Shown in pieces: positions 1 to 8,887 of a DNA stretch of 32,000 nucleotides. Numbering within the stretch: the first letter of the stretch is position 1; every line of letters begins with the position of its first letter. The notes under the pieces are model-generated. The model was not told where the DNA came from and made no database searches. It was given only the letters and a program-made list of their open reading frames with translations. The stretch is from positions 20,806 to 52,805 of the forward strand of contig JAITRB010000008.1 in assembly GCA_031288595.1 (NCBI GenBank), in the 5' to 3' direction. A program made the translations under genes and the position numbers. This stretch comes from Puniceicoccales bacterium. Lineage in GTDB: Bacteria; Verrucomicrobiota; Verrucomicrobiia; Opitutales; JAIRLG01.

Positions 1-1935
1 CGCATCATCCGGAATCTTGTCCTGCAGGGGCATTCCATCGATGGGCTGTTCCGCCACCTTCACTTCTTCCAGCTGCTCCAGGACCAAATCCACCGCCTCG
101 CCGTTTTTTTTCACCACCGCCTCTCCCTTTTTGCCATAGGTCTTGCGTATCGCTTCTTTGATCCGGGCCACGGCTTCCGCCGGTGGCAGGATTCGGGAAA
201 GCGCGAAGTAGCCGACCTGCATGATCGTATTGATGCGGCCGCCGATGCCGACCTCCCGCGCGAGGTGATAGGCGTCGATGACGAAGAGCTTCATCTGCAG
301 CGCCTGGAGCTTTTCTTGAAATTCCCTCGGCAGATGCGGCCATACCTTTCCTGCACCGTAGGGACTATTTAGGAGAAAAATCGTCCCCATCTTAGCTGTT
401 GCGAGCACATCGTGGGTATGGACGAAGGAGAACTGATGGCAGCCGATGAAGTCTGCTTCCTGGATGAGATAGGGTGCCTCGATGGGCCTGGGACCAAAAC
501 GCAGGTGCGAAGTGGTCATGGCACCGGACTTCTTGGAGTCGTAGACAAAATAGGCCTGAGCGAAGTGCTCTGTCGCCTGCCCGATGATCTTGATAGTGTT
601 CTTATTGGCACCAACAGTCCCATCCGAGCCGAGACCGTAGAAAATGCTCTCGTACACGGAGGGATCCTTGGGCCGAAACTGAGGGGAGTAGGATAAGGAG
701 AGGTGGCTGACGTCGTCTTCGATGCCGACCGTGAAATGCGCCCTGGGAGACCCTCTTTTCAGCTCATCGAAGACCGCCTTCGCCATCGCCGGCGAGAACT
801 CCTTGGATCCCAAGCCGTAGCGACCGGCGATGATTTTGGGACGGAAGTCATCCGATAAATGGCCCTCCTGCCGCCCCTCCTGCAGGGCCGTGACGACATC
901 CAGATAGAGCGGTTCACCTAGAGTACCCGCTTCCTTGCTGCGGTCCAGAACCGCGATGGAACGGATACTCGGCACCAGGGCCCGAAGAAAATCTTCCAGG
1001 GCAAAGGGCCGGTACATGTGTATCTGCAGGACGCCGACCTTCTCCCCTTCCTGCCGAAGGAATTTGGCTGTCTCCTCAAGGGTCTTGCAGCCGGAACCCA
1101 TGCAGATGACCACGCGCTCAGCCTCGGGATCGCCGCTGTAGCGGAAGAGCCGATACGTCCGCCCCGTCAGCTTGGCGAAGGAATCCATGAGGGATTGCAA
1201 CTGGGCAGGCAATGCCTGGTAGTGGGGATTCACCGCCTCGCGGCCCTGAAAGAAGACGTCGGGATTCTGGGCCGTTCCGCGGATGAAGGGATGCTCGGGA
1301 CTTAGCGCACGCGAGCGGAAGGCGATGAGGTCTGCCGGATCGATCATCGCCTGCAGAACGCTATCCCCGAGTGGGCAGAAACTGTTGATCTCATGCGAGG
1401 TGCGGAAGCCATCGAAAAAGTGAAGAAAGGGGACGCGGCTGCGCAAGGTGGCGGCATGGGCGATGCAGGCCAAGTCCTGGGCCTCCTGCACCGAAGCGGA
1501 GGAGAGGAGAGCGAAGCCCGTCTGCCGGCAGGCCATGACATCCGAATGGTCGCCGAAAATCGACAGCGCATGCGTGGCCAGGCTCCGGGCCGCCACGTGT
1601 AGGCAAAAGGCCTGCAGTTCCCCCGCAATCTTGTACAGCTCGGGGATCATCAGCAGCAGACCCTGAGAGGAGGTGAAGGTCGTCACCAGCGAGCCACCCT
1701 GCAGTGCCCCGTGCATGGCTCCTGCCACACCGCCCTCGGATTGCATCTGGAAGACTTCCGGCACCTGTCCCCAGAGGTTCGGCCTACGGCCCATGGCCCA
1801 TTCATCGCAGTGTTCGGCCATCGGCGATGAGGGGGTGATGGGGTAGATGGCCACCAACTCGCTGAGCCGATAGGCCACATCGGCTACCGCTTCATTGGCA
1901 TCGGCAATCCTATACGGACGATCGTTCTTTTCCAT
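1..1935 (-). CDS. nifJ: Pyruvate:ferredoxin (flavodoxin) oxidoreductase, N-terminal 645 codons; the ORF runs off the left edge (3' partial)
   Basis: Absent from the supplied ORF track because there is no stop in the window. Manual translation of the minus strand from ATG (1935-1933) stays open for all 645 codons to position 1. It reads MEKNDRPYRIADANEAVADVAYRLSELVAIYPITPSSPMAEHCDEW...QSEGGVAGAMHGALQGGSLVTTFTSSQGLLLMIPELYKIAGEL...ALSIFGDHSDVMACRQTGFALLSSASVQEAQD...HFFDGFRTSHEI...RGTAQNPDVFFQGREA. These are conserved N-terminal domain motifs of PFOR/NifJ. Confidence 0.85.
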   Translation of the reverse strand, partial: MEKNDRPYRIADANEAVADVAYRLSELVAIYPITPSSPMAEHCDEWAMGRRPNLWGQVPEVFQMQSEGGVAGAMHGALQGGSLVTTFTSSQGLLLMIPELYKIAGELQAFCLHVAARSLATHALSIFGDHSDVMACRQTGFALLSSASVQEAQDLACIAHAATLRSRVPFLHFFDGFRTSHEINSFCPLGDSVLQAMIDPADLIAFRSRALSPEHPFIRGTAQNPDVFFQGREAVNPHYQALPAQLQSLMDSFAKLTGRTYRLFRYSGDPEAERVVICMGSGCKTLEETAKFLRQEGEKVGVLQIHMYRPFALEDFLRALVPSIRSIAVLDRSKEAGTLGEPLYLDVVTALQEGRQEGHLSDDFRPKIIAGRYGLGSKEFSPAMAKAVFDELKRGSPRAHFTVGIEDDVSHLSLSYSPQFRPKDPSVYESIFYGLGSDGTVGANKNTIKIIGQATEHFAQAYFVYDSKKSGAMTTSHLRFGPRPIEAPYLIQEADFIGCHQFSFVHTHDVLATAKMGTIFLLNSPYGAGKVWPHLPREFQEKLQALQMKLFVIDAYHLAREVGIGGRINTIMQVGYFALSRILPPAEAVARIKEAIRKTYGKKGEAVVKKNGEAVDLVLEQLEEVKVAEQPIDGMPLQDKIPDDA

Positions 1936-2234
1936 GATTTTTCAGCCTTCCAGAGGGAGCCGATACCCGCCATGAAGCGATTTTGTCCCCATCGGTCAAG
2001 GGAATGAAATCGGGTCCTTCTTTTGTCCCTTTTAAGTGGGGAGCTTCCCGATAACTTGAAGCGGCTGAGCGAGCCGTTGCGATTCGAAGTTGGGAGATGG
2101 GAGTTACCCGGCCTATGGGCGGCTCTGATGGAGCTCATGGAGCTGCCCAGCGTGTGCGCAGTACCTGCCGGAGAGCAAAGGGGGAGCTGGCGCCATCCGT
2201 AGCTTTCTATTGGCAGGACCTGGGTGTGTCCGGT

Positions 2235-2331
2235 CATCGCCTTTGCGTTCCCTGCAAGAAAAGGGGACTTTTGCTTGCAGGGAACGCCGCCTGCATCGCA
2301 GGCACGAGCCCGAAGGGCTCAAAAGGCGATG
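2235..2331 (+). repeat. Four-way-junction intergenic repeat, copy R1 (divergent). The strand field gives element orientation, defined as closing stem - long arm - arm2 - arm3 - closing stem.
   Basis: Closing stem CATCGCCTTT 2235-2244 / AAA(A)GGCGATG 2321-2331. Long arm CGTTCCCTGCAAG 2246-2258 / CTTGCAGGGAACG 2274-2286, with an inner AAAAG/CTTTT extension. Arm2 GCCTGC-atc-GCAGGC 2289-2303. Arm3 GAGCCC-gaa-GGGCTC 2306-2320. Confidence 0.7.
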
Positions 2332-2430
2332 CCCCACCGCTCAAACGAACGATAGAATCCCCAAACAAGCCCGCTTTCTATCTTCCATAAGTCCTGACGC
2401 TGCTCCTGCCCTAAAAGCCGTTCAGCGATG

Positions 2431-2452
2431 GGCCTTTGGAATCTCAAAGGCC
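2431..2452. repeat. Possible decayed right-end fragment of the repeat family (small hairpin)
   Basis: GGCCTTTGgaatctCAAAGGCC. The string CCTTTGGAATC(t)CAAAG matches the arm3/closing-stem junction of R5/R6 (CCTTTGGAATCCAAAGAC) apart from one inserted T. The other arms are absent. Confidence 0.3.
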
Positions 2453-2542
2453 GTGGCATTCCTCGGCACAGTTAGCAAGGCCCTTAATAATCCTTCGAAT
2501 GATCCGGATGCCTCATTTTGGGAAGCGAAAGCTGCGAGAGCA

Positions 2543-3133
2543 CTATTCACCTAATTGGTAGCGGACAAAGCGGCCGATGCGGATGTTTTCGCCGATGCGG
2601 GCCACGACGGAGGCTAGGTGCTCCTCAAGGCGAATGTCCTGATTGCGCGCGAAGGGCTGTTCGAGGAGGCAAACCTGGCTAAGCCACTTGTCTATCTTGC
2701 CCTCCACGATTTTTTCGACGACGGCTTGCGGCTTGCCGGCCACCTGGGCGTTGGCGATTTCCCTCTCCTGATCGATGACGGGCTGAGGAACGGAGTCACG
2801 GGAAAGGTAAAGCGGATTCGAGGCCGCGATGTGCAGGCAGATGTCCGCTGCCAGCTCCCGGAAATCCTCATTCCTCGCGACGAAGTCCGTCTCGCAGTTC
2901 AGCTCCAGGAGAACACCGATCCGTCCGCCGTTATGGACGTAGGACTCGATGATGCCGGCATGTGTTTCCCGACCGGCCTTTTTTGCAGCCGTTGCGGAGC
3001 CCTTTTTCCGGAGCAGGATGATGGCCTCTTCGATGCTGCCCTCGGCTTCGCCCAGCGCCTTTTTGCAGTCGACGAACCCAGCTCCACTGCGCCGTCTCAA
3101 TTCATTCACCTTCGCTGCTGTGATCTCTGACAT
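2543..3133 (-). CDS. tsf: Translation elongation factor Ts (short, 196 aa form)
   Basis: ORF track. MSEITAAKVNELRRRSGAGFVDCKKALGEAEGSIEEAIILLRKKG is the UBA-like N-terminus typical of EF-Ts. ATG at 3133-3131. Lies 19 nt downstream of rpsB, the classic rpsB-tsf order. Confidence 0.93.
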   Translation of the reverse strand: MSEITAAKVNELRRRSGAGFVDCKKALGEAEGSIEEAIILLRKKGSATAAKKAGRETHAGIIESYVHNGGRIGVLLELNCETDFVARNEDFRELAADICLHIAASNPLYLSRDSVPQPVIDQEREIANAQVAGKPQAVVEKIVEGKIDKWLSQVCLLEQPFARNQDIRLEEHLASVVARIGENIRIGRFVRYQLGE

Positions 3134-3152
3134 CTCAATGCTCCTCCTCGAT

Positions 3153-3941
3153 TTAAATGTCCGCCTCTCCCTCGATTTTCACCGCATCCGCTGCGTCGGA
3201 AACGATGGCTTCTCTGCTTGGAATTGTCTTCAACTGTCGGGATTCCCTCTTTTTTGCCTCGAAGAGCGCCTGCCCTCGTTCGATGGCCTCGACCAAGCAG
3301 GACAGGAGCAGCTGGATCGAGCGGGCCAAATCGTCGTTGGCGGGGATAGGATAGGTCACGAGCTCTGGATTCGAATTCGTGTCGACCAGCGCCACGACGG
3401 GAATGCCCAGGCGCCTTGCCTCGGCGACGGCGATGCTCTCCTTGTAGATGTCGACGACCAATAGGGTGGATGGCAATTGGGTCACCTCGACGAGGCCCTC
3501 GAAGCTGCGGAAGAGGCGGGCCATTTGGCGGCGGATAACTGAGGCTTCCTTTTTCAACATGGCGTCGAGGGAGCCGTCCTCCTGCATCCGGAGATAGTGG
3601 CGGTACTTGTTGAGGCTGCGATGAACGGTTTCGAAATTTGTCAGGCAACCGCCGAGCCAACGGTTGGGCACGAAGGGCATGTGAACCGAGCGGGCGGACT
3701 CGCGAACCGCCTCCTGGGCCTGTGCCTTGGTGCCGACAAACCAGATGCTCTGACCGCTGGAGGCGGTTTTTTCGAGAAAATCGCATGCCTTTTGCAATTG
3801 CCCCAAGGTCTTTTCCAGGTCGATGATGGAAAGGCCGCCGAGGCAGCCGTAGACGAATTTCTGGGACTTCGGGTTCCAGCGACGCCGCTGATGGCCGAGG
3901 TGTACTCCTGCCTCGAAGAGGTCCTGTATTGTCACGTTCAT
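3153..3941 (-). CDS. rpsB: 30S ribosomal protein S2
   Basis: ORF track. MNVTIQDLFEAGVHLGHQRRRWNPK... is the canonical S2 N-terminus. ATG at 3941-3939. Confidence 0.95.
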   Translation of the reverse strand: MNVTIQDLFEAGVHLGHQRRRWNPKSQKFVYGCLGGLSIIDLEKTLGQLQKACDFLEKTASSGQSIWFVGTKAQAQEAVRESARSVHMPFVPNRWLGGCLTNFETVHRSLNKYRHYLRMQEDGSLDAMLKKEASVIRRQMARLFRSFEGLVEVTQLPSTLLVVDIYKESIAVAEARRLGIPVVALVDTNSNPELVTYPIPANDDLARSIQLLLSCLVEAIERGQALFEAKKRESRQLKTIPSREAIVSDAADAVKIEGEADI

Positions 3942-4092
3942 AGATACTCCGTACCCTCGCGGGCCTTGGATGGAAACATGGGTTGAAGGTTGAGGCTCTC
4001 TTCATGAGGGGAGAAGTTCCCTTGGCAAGTTCTTTCTTGACAGAGGATTGTTCGAGGAGGGGTTGGGTAGAAAGGTGGCTGGGAGGTCAGTC

Positions 4093-4187
4093 GGCTGTCT
4101 TTGCAGAGCAGGGTATGAAAACAGCGTTTTCATGCCCTGCTCTGTCGTCCGCTGCGCGGACGCTCCCGAAGGGAGCCAAAGACGGCC
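4093..4187 (+). repeat. Four-way-junction intergenic repeat, copy R2
   Basis: Closing stem GGCTGTCTTTG 4093-4103 / CAAAGACGGCC 4177-4187 (one T:G, 4096:4184). Long arm 4104-4122 / 4126-4144, 19 bp with one T:G (4114:4134). Arm2 GTCCGC-tgc-GCGGAC 4147-4161. Arm3 GCTCCC-gaa-GGGAGC 4162-4176. Confidence 0.85.
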
Positions 4188-4224
4188 CTGCAAAGATCCC
4201 CCTCATAGACATTCTCACCGCTCT

Positions 4225-6813
4225 TCAGTCAAGCACCAGGTTGAGAAGTTTCTGCGGGACCCAGATGATGCGGCGAATCGTCTTCTCGTCGAGGTAGGGG
4301 CGCAATTTTTCCCTGGCCAGAGCCGCCCGTAGGGCTTCTTCCCGACTGCAGTTCAGGGGGAGATCCAATTCATCCCTCGGCTTGCCATTGACCATGAGGA
4401 CGATGCGGCCGCGCTCGGCGACGAGGAGTTGCGGGTCGAATCGCGGCCATGGGGCCTTGCTGATGCTAAAAGTCTCCCCTAAACGACTCCAGAGCTCCTC
4501 GGCGATGTGGGGGGCGAAGGGGGCCAGGAGCTGGAGGAAGACCTTGGCCGAATGCCGGCTGAGGGAGGAGGAAGTGGCCCCATTGACGAAGATCATCATC
4601 TGGGAAATAGCCGTGTTGAAACGCAGCTGCTCGATATCCTCCGTCACCTTGCGAATCGTCTCGTGTAGTCGGGGAAGCAGAGCCTCGTCGTCTTCTTCGG
4701 CCCAATCCTGTCCCATTCCATCGTCCTGAATGAAGAGCCGCCATACCTTTTTTAGAAAGCGGGAGCAGCCCTCGATGCCCTGGGTATTCCAGGGCTTCAT
4801 CGCGTCCAGAGGACCGAGAAACATCTCGTAGAGCCGCAGCGTATCGGCCCCATGGCTTCGGATGACTTCGTCCGGATTAACCACATTACCACGGCTCTTG
4901 GACATTTTACTGCCGTCCTCGCCGAGGATAATGCCCTGATGGAAGAGATGTGGATAGGGTTCGGGCCTGTCGATGGCGGCGATGTCGAAGAGGAAGCGCT
5001 GCCAGAACCGAGCGTAGAGGAGGTGTAACACGGCATGTTCCGCTCCGCCGATGTAGAAATCCGGACTGCCCCAGTAGTGCAGGCTTCCGGGGTCGACCGG
5101 CGCCTGTAGATCGTGCGGACTGAGGTAGCGCAGGTGGTACCAGCAAGAACCGGCCCACTGGGGCATCGTGTGGGTCTCCCGTCTGGCGAAAACCCAGTCC
5201 TCACCCGAGGGGATGTCTTGGCTCTGTGGCCGAATCTCCCCTGTCCGGAGATGGACCAGGATTTCGCAGAAATCTTCAGCCCTCCTCAGCGGACTTTCGC
5301 CCTGATCCGAAGGCTGGTAGGATACCACCGGCGGCAACTGAAGCGGCAGCTCCTTCGAGCTCAGGGGGATGGCGATCCAGGTGATGTCTCCCTCCTGGTA
5401 GGAGATGGCCTTGGAAGGAAGGAATTCCCTGAAGTATAAATCGGGCAGGCTTAGAGCTCGCTCGTAATCCCCTTGCTGGATCCAGAAAATGGGAATCGGT
5501 TCCCCCCAGTAGCGCTGTCGAGAGAAGAGCCAGTCGCGCAATTTGTACTGCACGCAGGCCTTGCCGCGGCCCAGGGCTTCCAGCTGTGCCGTGATCTTCT
5601 GCCGCGCCTGCGCCGAATCCAGGCCATTGAAGGCTTCGGAATGAAAGAGGATCCCGTCGTCGCAGAAGGGGAGCTTGCAAGCCGTCTCGTCTCCCTTTGG
5701 GACTGGCTGGATGACGGGAAGGATGGCCAGTCCGAATTTCTGGGCGAAGGCGAAATCCCGCTCGTCATGGGCCGGAACCGCCATGACGGCGCCGCTGCCA
5801 TAGCTCCCGAGAACGTAGTCCGCGACCCAGATGGGAATGTTTTTCCCCGTCAGGGGATGGATGGCCTGGGCCCCGCTGAACACACCGGTTTTTTCCCGAG
5901 CCAGGCCACCGCGCTCCAAATCGCTCTTCCGCCGGGCCCGCTCGATATAATCCTCCACCTCTCCGCGCTGGGCCGCACTCGCGAGGATCGGCAGCAGCGG
6001 ATGTTCCGGTGCCAGAACCAGGTAGGTCACCCCGTAAATCGTGTCGCAGCGGGTCGTGTAGACGGCCAGCGAATCCACCCGTCCCTCGATGTCGAAGCGG
6101 ATCTCCGTCCCCTCCGAGCGACCGATCCAGGCCCGCTGCTGCTGCTTCGTCGACTCCGGCCAATCCAGGGCATCGAGGTTCTCCAAAAGCCTGTCGGCGT
6201 AGGCGGTGATGCGCAATATCCACTGGCGCAGATTGCGCCGTTCTACCGGATGATTCCCGCGCTCGGAACGGCCGTCGATGACCTCCTCATTGGCCAGCAC
6301 GGACTTCAGCTCAGGGCACCACCAGACTGGCCGCTCATCCACATAGGCAAGACCTTGCTTGAAGAGTTGTAGGAAAATCCACTGCGTCCAGCGGTAGTAG
6401 TCCGGATCAGTCGTATTGATCTCGCGCTCCCAGTCGATGGCAAAACCCAGGCGGCGAATCTGTTCCCGAAAATGCCCGATGTTCTGGGCGGTATTGATGG
6501 CCGGGGCCTGGCCGGTGAGAAGGGCATGCTGCTCGGCCGGAAGACCGAAGGCATCCCAACCCATTGGGTGCAGGACGTTATACCCGCAACTCCACTTATA
6601 ACGGGCCAGGATATCGGAGGCGGTATAGCCTTCCGGATGTCCGATATGCAGCCCGGCACCCGAAGGGTAGGGGAACATATCGAGAACGTAGTACTTTTTC
6701 TTCCCGCAATCGATGGGTTCCGTCGCGAAGGTCTTCTCCTCTAACCACCGCGCCTGCCAAAAGGCCTCAATTTTTTGGAAATCGTAAAATCCGCCATCGC
6801 CGTGCGCTTTCAT
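4225..6813 (-). CDS. leuS: Leucyl-tRNA synthetase
   Basis: ORF track, 862 aa. Class I signatures HIGHPEGY (HIGH) and KMSKS are present. ATG at 6813-6811. Confidence 0.96.
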   Translation of the reverse strand: MKAHGDGGFYDFQKIEAFWQARWLEEKTFATEPIDCGKKKYYVLDMFPYPSGAGLHIGHPEGYTASDILARYKWSCGYNVLHPMGWDAFGLPAEQHALLTGQAPAINTAQNIGHFREQIRRLGFAIDWEREINTTDPDYYRWTQWIFLQLFKQGLAYVDERPVWWCPELKSVLANEEVIDGRSERGNHPVERRNLRQWILRITAYADRLLENLDALDWPESTKQQQRAWIGRSEGTEIRFDIEGRVDSLAVYTTRCDTIYGVTYLVLAPEHPLLPILASAAQRGEVEDYIERARRKSDLERGGLAREKTGVFSGAQAIHPLTGKNIPIWVADYVLGSYGSGAVMAVPAHDERDFAFAQKFGLAILPVIQPVPKGDETACKLPFCDDGILFHSEAFNGLDSAQARQKITAQLEALGRGKACVQYKLRDWLFSRQRYWGEPIPIFWIQQGDYERALSLPDLYFREFLPSKAISYQEGDITWIAIPLSSKELPLQLPPVVSYQPSDQGESPLRRAEDFCEILVHLRTGEIRPQSQDIPSGEDWVFARRETHTMPQWAGSCWYHLRYLSPHDLQAPVDPGSLHYWGSPDFYIGGAEHAVLHLLYARFWQRFLFDIAAIDRPEPYPHLFHQGIILGEDGSKMSKSRGNVVNPDEVIRSHGADTLRLYEMFLGPLDAMKPWNTQGIEGCSRFLKKVWRLFIQDDGMGQDWAEEDDEALLPRLHETIRKVTEDIEQLRFNTAISQMMIFVNGATSSSLSRHSAKVFLQLLAPFAPHIAEELWSRLGETFSISKAPWPRFDPQLLVAERGRIVLMVNGKPRDELDLPLNCSREEALRAALAREKLRPYLDEKTIRRIIWVPQKLLNLVLD

Positions 6814-6875
6814 GGTGCAGATCTCTCTGATGTCATCCGATGGATGAGGCGAGGAGCTATTCCAATCCTTTCGCC

Positions 6876-8108
6876 CTAGGATGAGGGATGCTTAACGGGG
6901 ATCTGCTTCAGGTAATTGGCGAAGGGCAAGCCCTCCTCATCCCTCAGCTCGGGATTACCCTGGATGAGAGGCAGGGCATACCTTGAAAAAATAGGCTGGA
7001 CGTGGCAGGCATCTTCCTCCAACCAGTTGAGGGGAAATGCTTTTTCCGACTGGATGACATTCGACAGGTCCGTGAGGTCGTACTTCACGCCGTAGGAATT
7101 CCCCTCTTCCCGCAGGAGTGTCAGCATCTGTCCCGAATGCCCCTCGATGGCCCACCGTACCGCCTGGCGACCTCCGCCAAAGGCCTCTGTCAGGTCCGTC
7201 TGGGAGGCCCAGTGGGCCGCTGCTCCCTGGGTCGCGCCCAACGAGATGACGCGGACGGGCACATTGAGCTCGGCGTTGATCATGGCCTTCAGGAGGCTGC
7301 CTGCGCCGGCCATCGCCGCAGGAAAATCCGCCTTTGAAATGATGGAATTTCCCTCGGCATCGACGATGCCCTCGGCGACGACGAGGAGGCAGTGATTCAA
7401 GGACTGCAGGACGGTCTGGACGTCATTGAGCAGCTGCTCCTTGGAAAAGGCCACCTCCGGCAGATAGAGGATGTGAGGAGCATCCTCCGGATGATTCGCT
7501 CTCTTGGCCAAAGAGGCGCCGGCGGCCAACCAACCCGTGTGCCGTCCCGCGACCTCGACCACCGACACGAGGTGGGGAAGTCCAGAGGAGAGTCCGTCCA
7601 TGGCCACTTCCCGCACCGTCGTGGCGATGTACTTCAATGCACTTCCGTAGCCCGGGCAATGATCGGTCACGGCGAGATCGTTGTCAATGCTCTGGGGAAG
7701 CCCCATCGTCTGCAGCGGCCAGGCCTGTTCCTGGGCATAGCTGTGGAGGCGGAAGAGTTCTTCCTGCGCCGAGCGGTCACCGATGCTGAAGAAATAGCGG
7801 ATGTGATGATTTTTTAAAACTTCTAAAATGCGCGGAAAATCCTCCGCCTTCGAGGGACTGCGCGGCCCGAGGCCGAGGGCCGCACCGGCCCTCGTCTTCA
7901 GGGCCCGAATATTCTGCTGCGATTCGGCGGCCAGGTCGATGAAATGCCCCCCCAAAATTCCAGAAAATCCCCGCAATCCACCGTAAATTTCCCCGATGCA
8001 TTCGTGGTCTAGGGCCTCGGCGATGATACCGCTGAGACTCGCATTGCTCGCACAGGAAGCACTGCCGGACTGTATCACCAATAAATTGCCGCTCGCCATC
8101 GTTTCCAT
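6876..8108 (-). CDS. Phosphofructokinase-family protein (ATP- or PPi-dependent type undetermined) with degenerate catalytic motifs
   Basis: ORF track 6876..8171. The 8171 start is a TTG; the first ATG is at 8108-8106 (METMASGNLLVIQSG...). The PFK-family motifs GLPQSIDNDL and VVEVAGRHTGWLA are retained. The motifs corresponding to SGGDAPGMN, GGDGS and GHxQRGG read SGSASCASN, IGDRSA and GATQGAA. Confidence 0.75.
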   Translation of the reverse strand: METMASGNLLVIQSGSASCASNASLSGIIAEALDHECIGEIYGGLRGFSGILGGHFIDLAAESQQNIRALKTRAGAALGLGPRSPSKAEDFPRILEVLKNHHIRYFFSIGDRSAQEELFRLHSYAQEQAWPLQTMGLPQSIDNDLAVTDHCPGYGSALKYIATTVREVAMDGLSSGLPHLVSVVEVAGRHTGWLAAGASLAKRANHPEDAPHILYLPEVAFSKEQLLNDVQTVLQSLNHCLLVVAEGIVDAEGNSIISKADFPAAMAGAGSLLKAMINAELNVPVRVISLGATQGAAAHWASQTDLTEAFGGGRQAVRWAIEGHSGQMLTLLREEGNSYGVKYDLTDLSNVIQSEKAFPLNWLEEDACHVQPIFSRYALPLIQGNPELRDEEGLPFANYLKQIPVKHPSS

Positions 8109-8227
8109 ACGCTTCTCTCTTTGTAGATTTTCTGTAAGGGGAAAGCTGCTCTTTTTGGGAGGTGAAAGCAATCTAAAAACGGTCAGAGGGCCTTCGGGGT
8201 CTGTGAAAATTTCTCAGCGATTTCTGT

Positions 8228-8887
8228 TTGAAAATTTTTTACGGACTGCTAGATAAAAATTCCATGAGAGGAGAGGAATCTGGAGACCAAAGCCCGAAGG
8301 GCGTATCGGGGATGGACGCTGACTTCCGGGATGCATCGCGGAAATCCGCAGCTCCTACGGCGGAGGAGCTGGGCGCTGCGGCCGAGGGGATGGGCTCCCA
8401 AGGAATGCCTGTTTCTCCGGAGGAGAGGAAGTACCTGGCCGCCTATGTCCAGCTACAGGCTGATTTCGAGAATTTCAAAAAGCGGGCCGCACGGGAGCGG
8501 GAGGAATGGCTCAAGCTTTCCAATCGCCGGCTCATCGAGGAACTGCTGACCATCGTCGACCATCTCGACCTCGCCCTGCAGTCGGCCAAACCCGAAGATG
8601 AGAAGGGACAGCAGATCACCCAGGGCTTCGCGATGATCGTCGGGCAGTTTAAAAAGCTACTGGCCGAGCAGGGTTTGGTCGAAGTGGGGAAGGTCGGAGA
8701 GCCCTTCAACCCCAGAGATCACGAAGCGGTGGGTCAGAGCACCCATCCGACGGTCCCCATCGACCATATCTGCCAGCTCGTCCGGCCGGGCTATCGACTC
8801 CACGACTTCACCTTACGCCCCGCCTCGGTCATCGTATCCCATGGCCCAGAAAGGGAAAACAAGCCGAAGGAGGAAGTCCTCTCATGA
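8228..8887 (+). CDS. grpE: Nucleotide exchange factor GrpE (start codon uncertain; internal ATGs at codons 13 and 29 are alternatives)
   Basis: ORF track. [21 protein letters not shown] and the C-terminal ...FNPRDHEAV...[14 protein letters not shown] match GrpE. The stop TGA overlaps the dnaJ ATG (ATGA at 8884-8887). Confidence 0.88.
   Translation: MKIFYGLLDKNSMRGEESGDQSPKGVSGMDADFRDASRKSAAPTAEELGAAAEGMGSQGMPVSPEERKYLAAYVQLQADFENFKKRAAREREEWLKLSNRRLIEELLTIVDHLDLALQSAKPEDEKGQQITQGFAMIVGQFKKLLAEQGLVEVGKVGEPFNPRDHEAVGQSTHPTVPIDHICQLVRPGYRLHDFTLRPASVIVSHGPERENKPKEEVLS

Noticed and set aside
1884-2237. 117-aa minus-strand ORF upstream of and overlapping the nifJ start.
   Set aside because: It overlaps the nifJ start codon region out of frame, begins inside repeat R1, and has a Ser/Arg/Gly-rich composition with no recognisable family.
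8109-8227. A CIRCE/HrcA operator or strong hairpin upstream of grpE (CAGAGGGCCTTCGGGGTCTG).
   Set aside because: There is no match to the CIRCE consensus. The hairpin is short and imperfect and unrelated to the repeat family.
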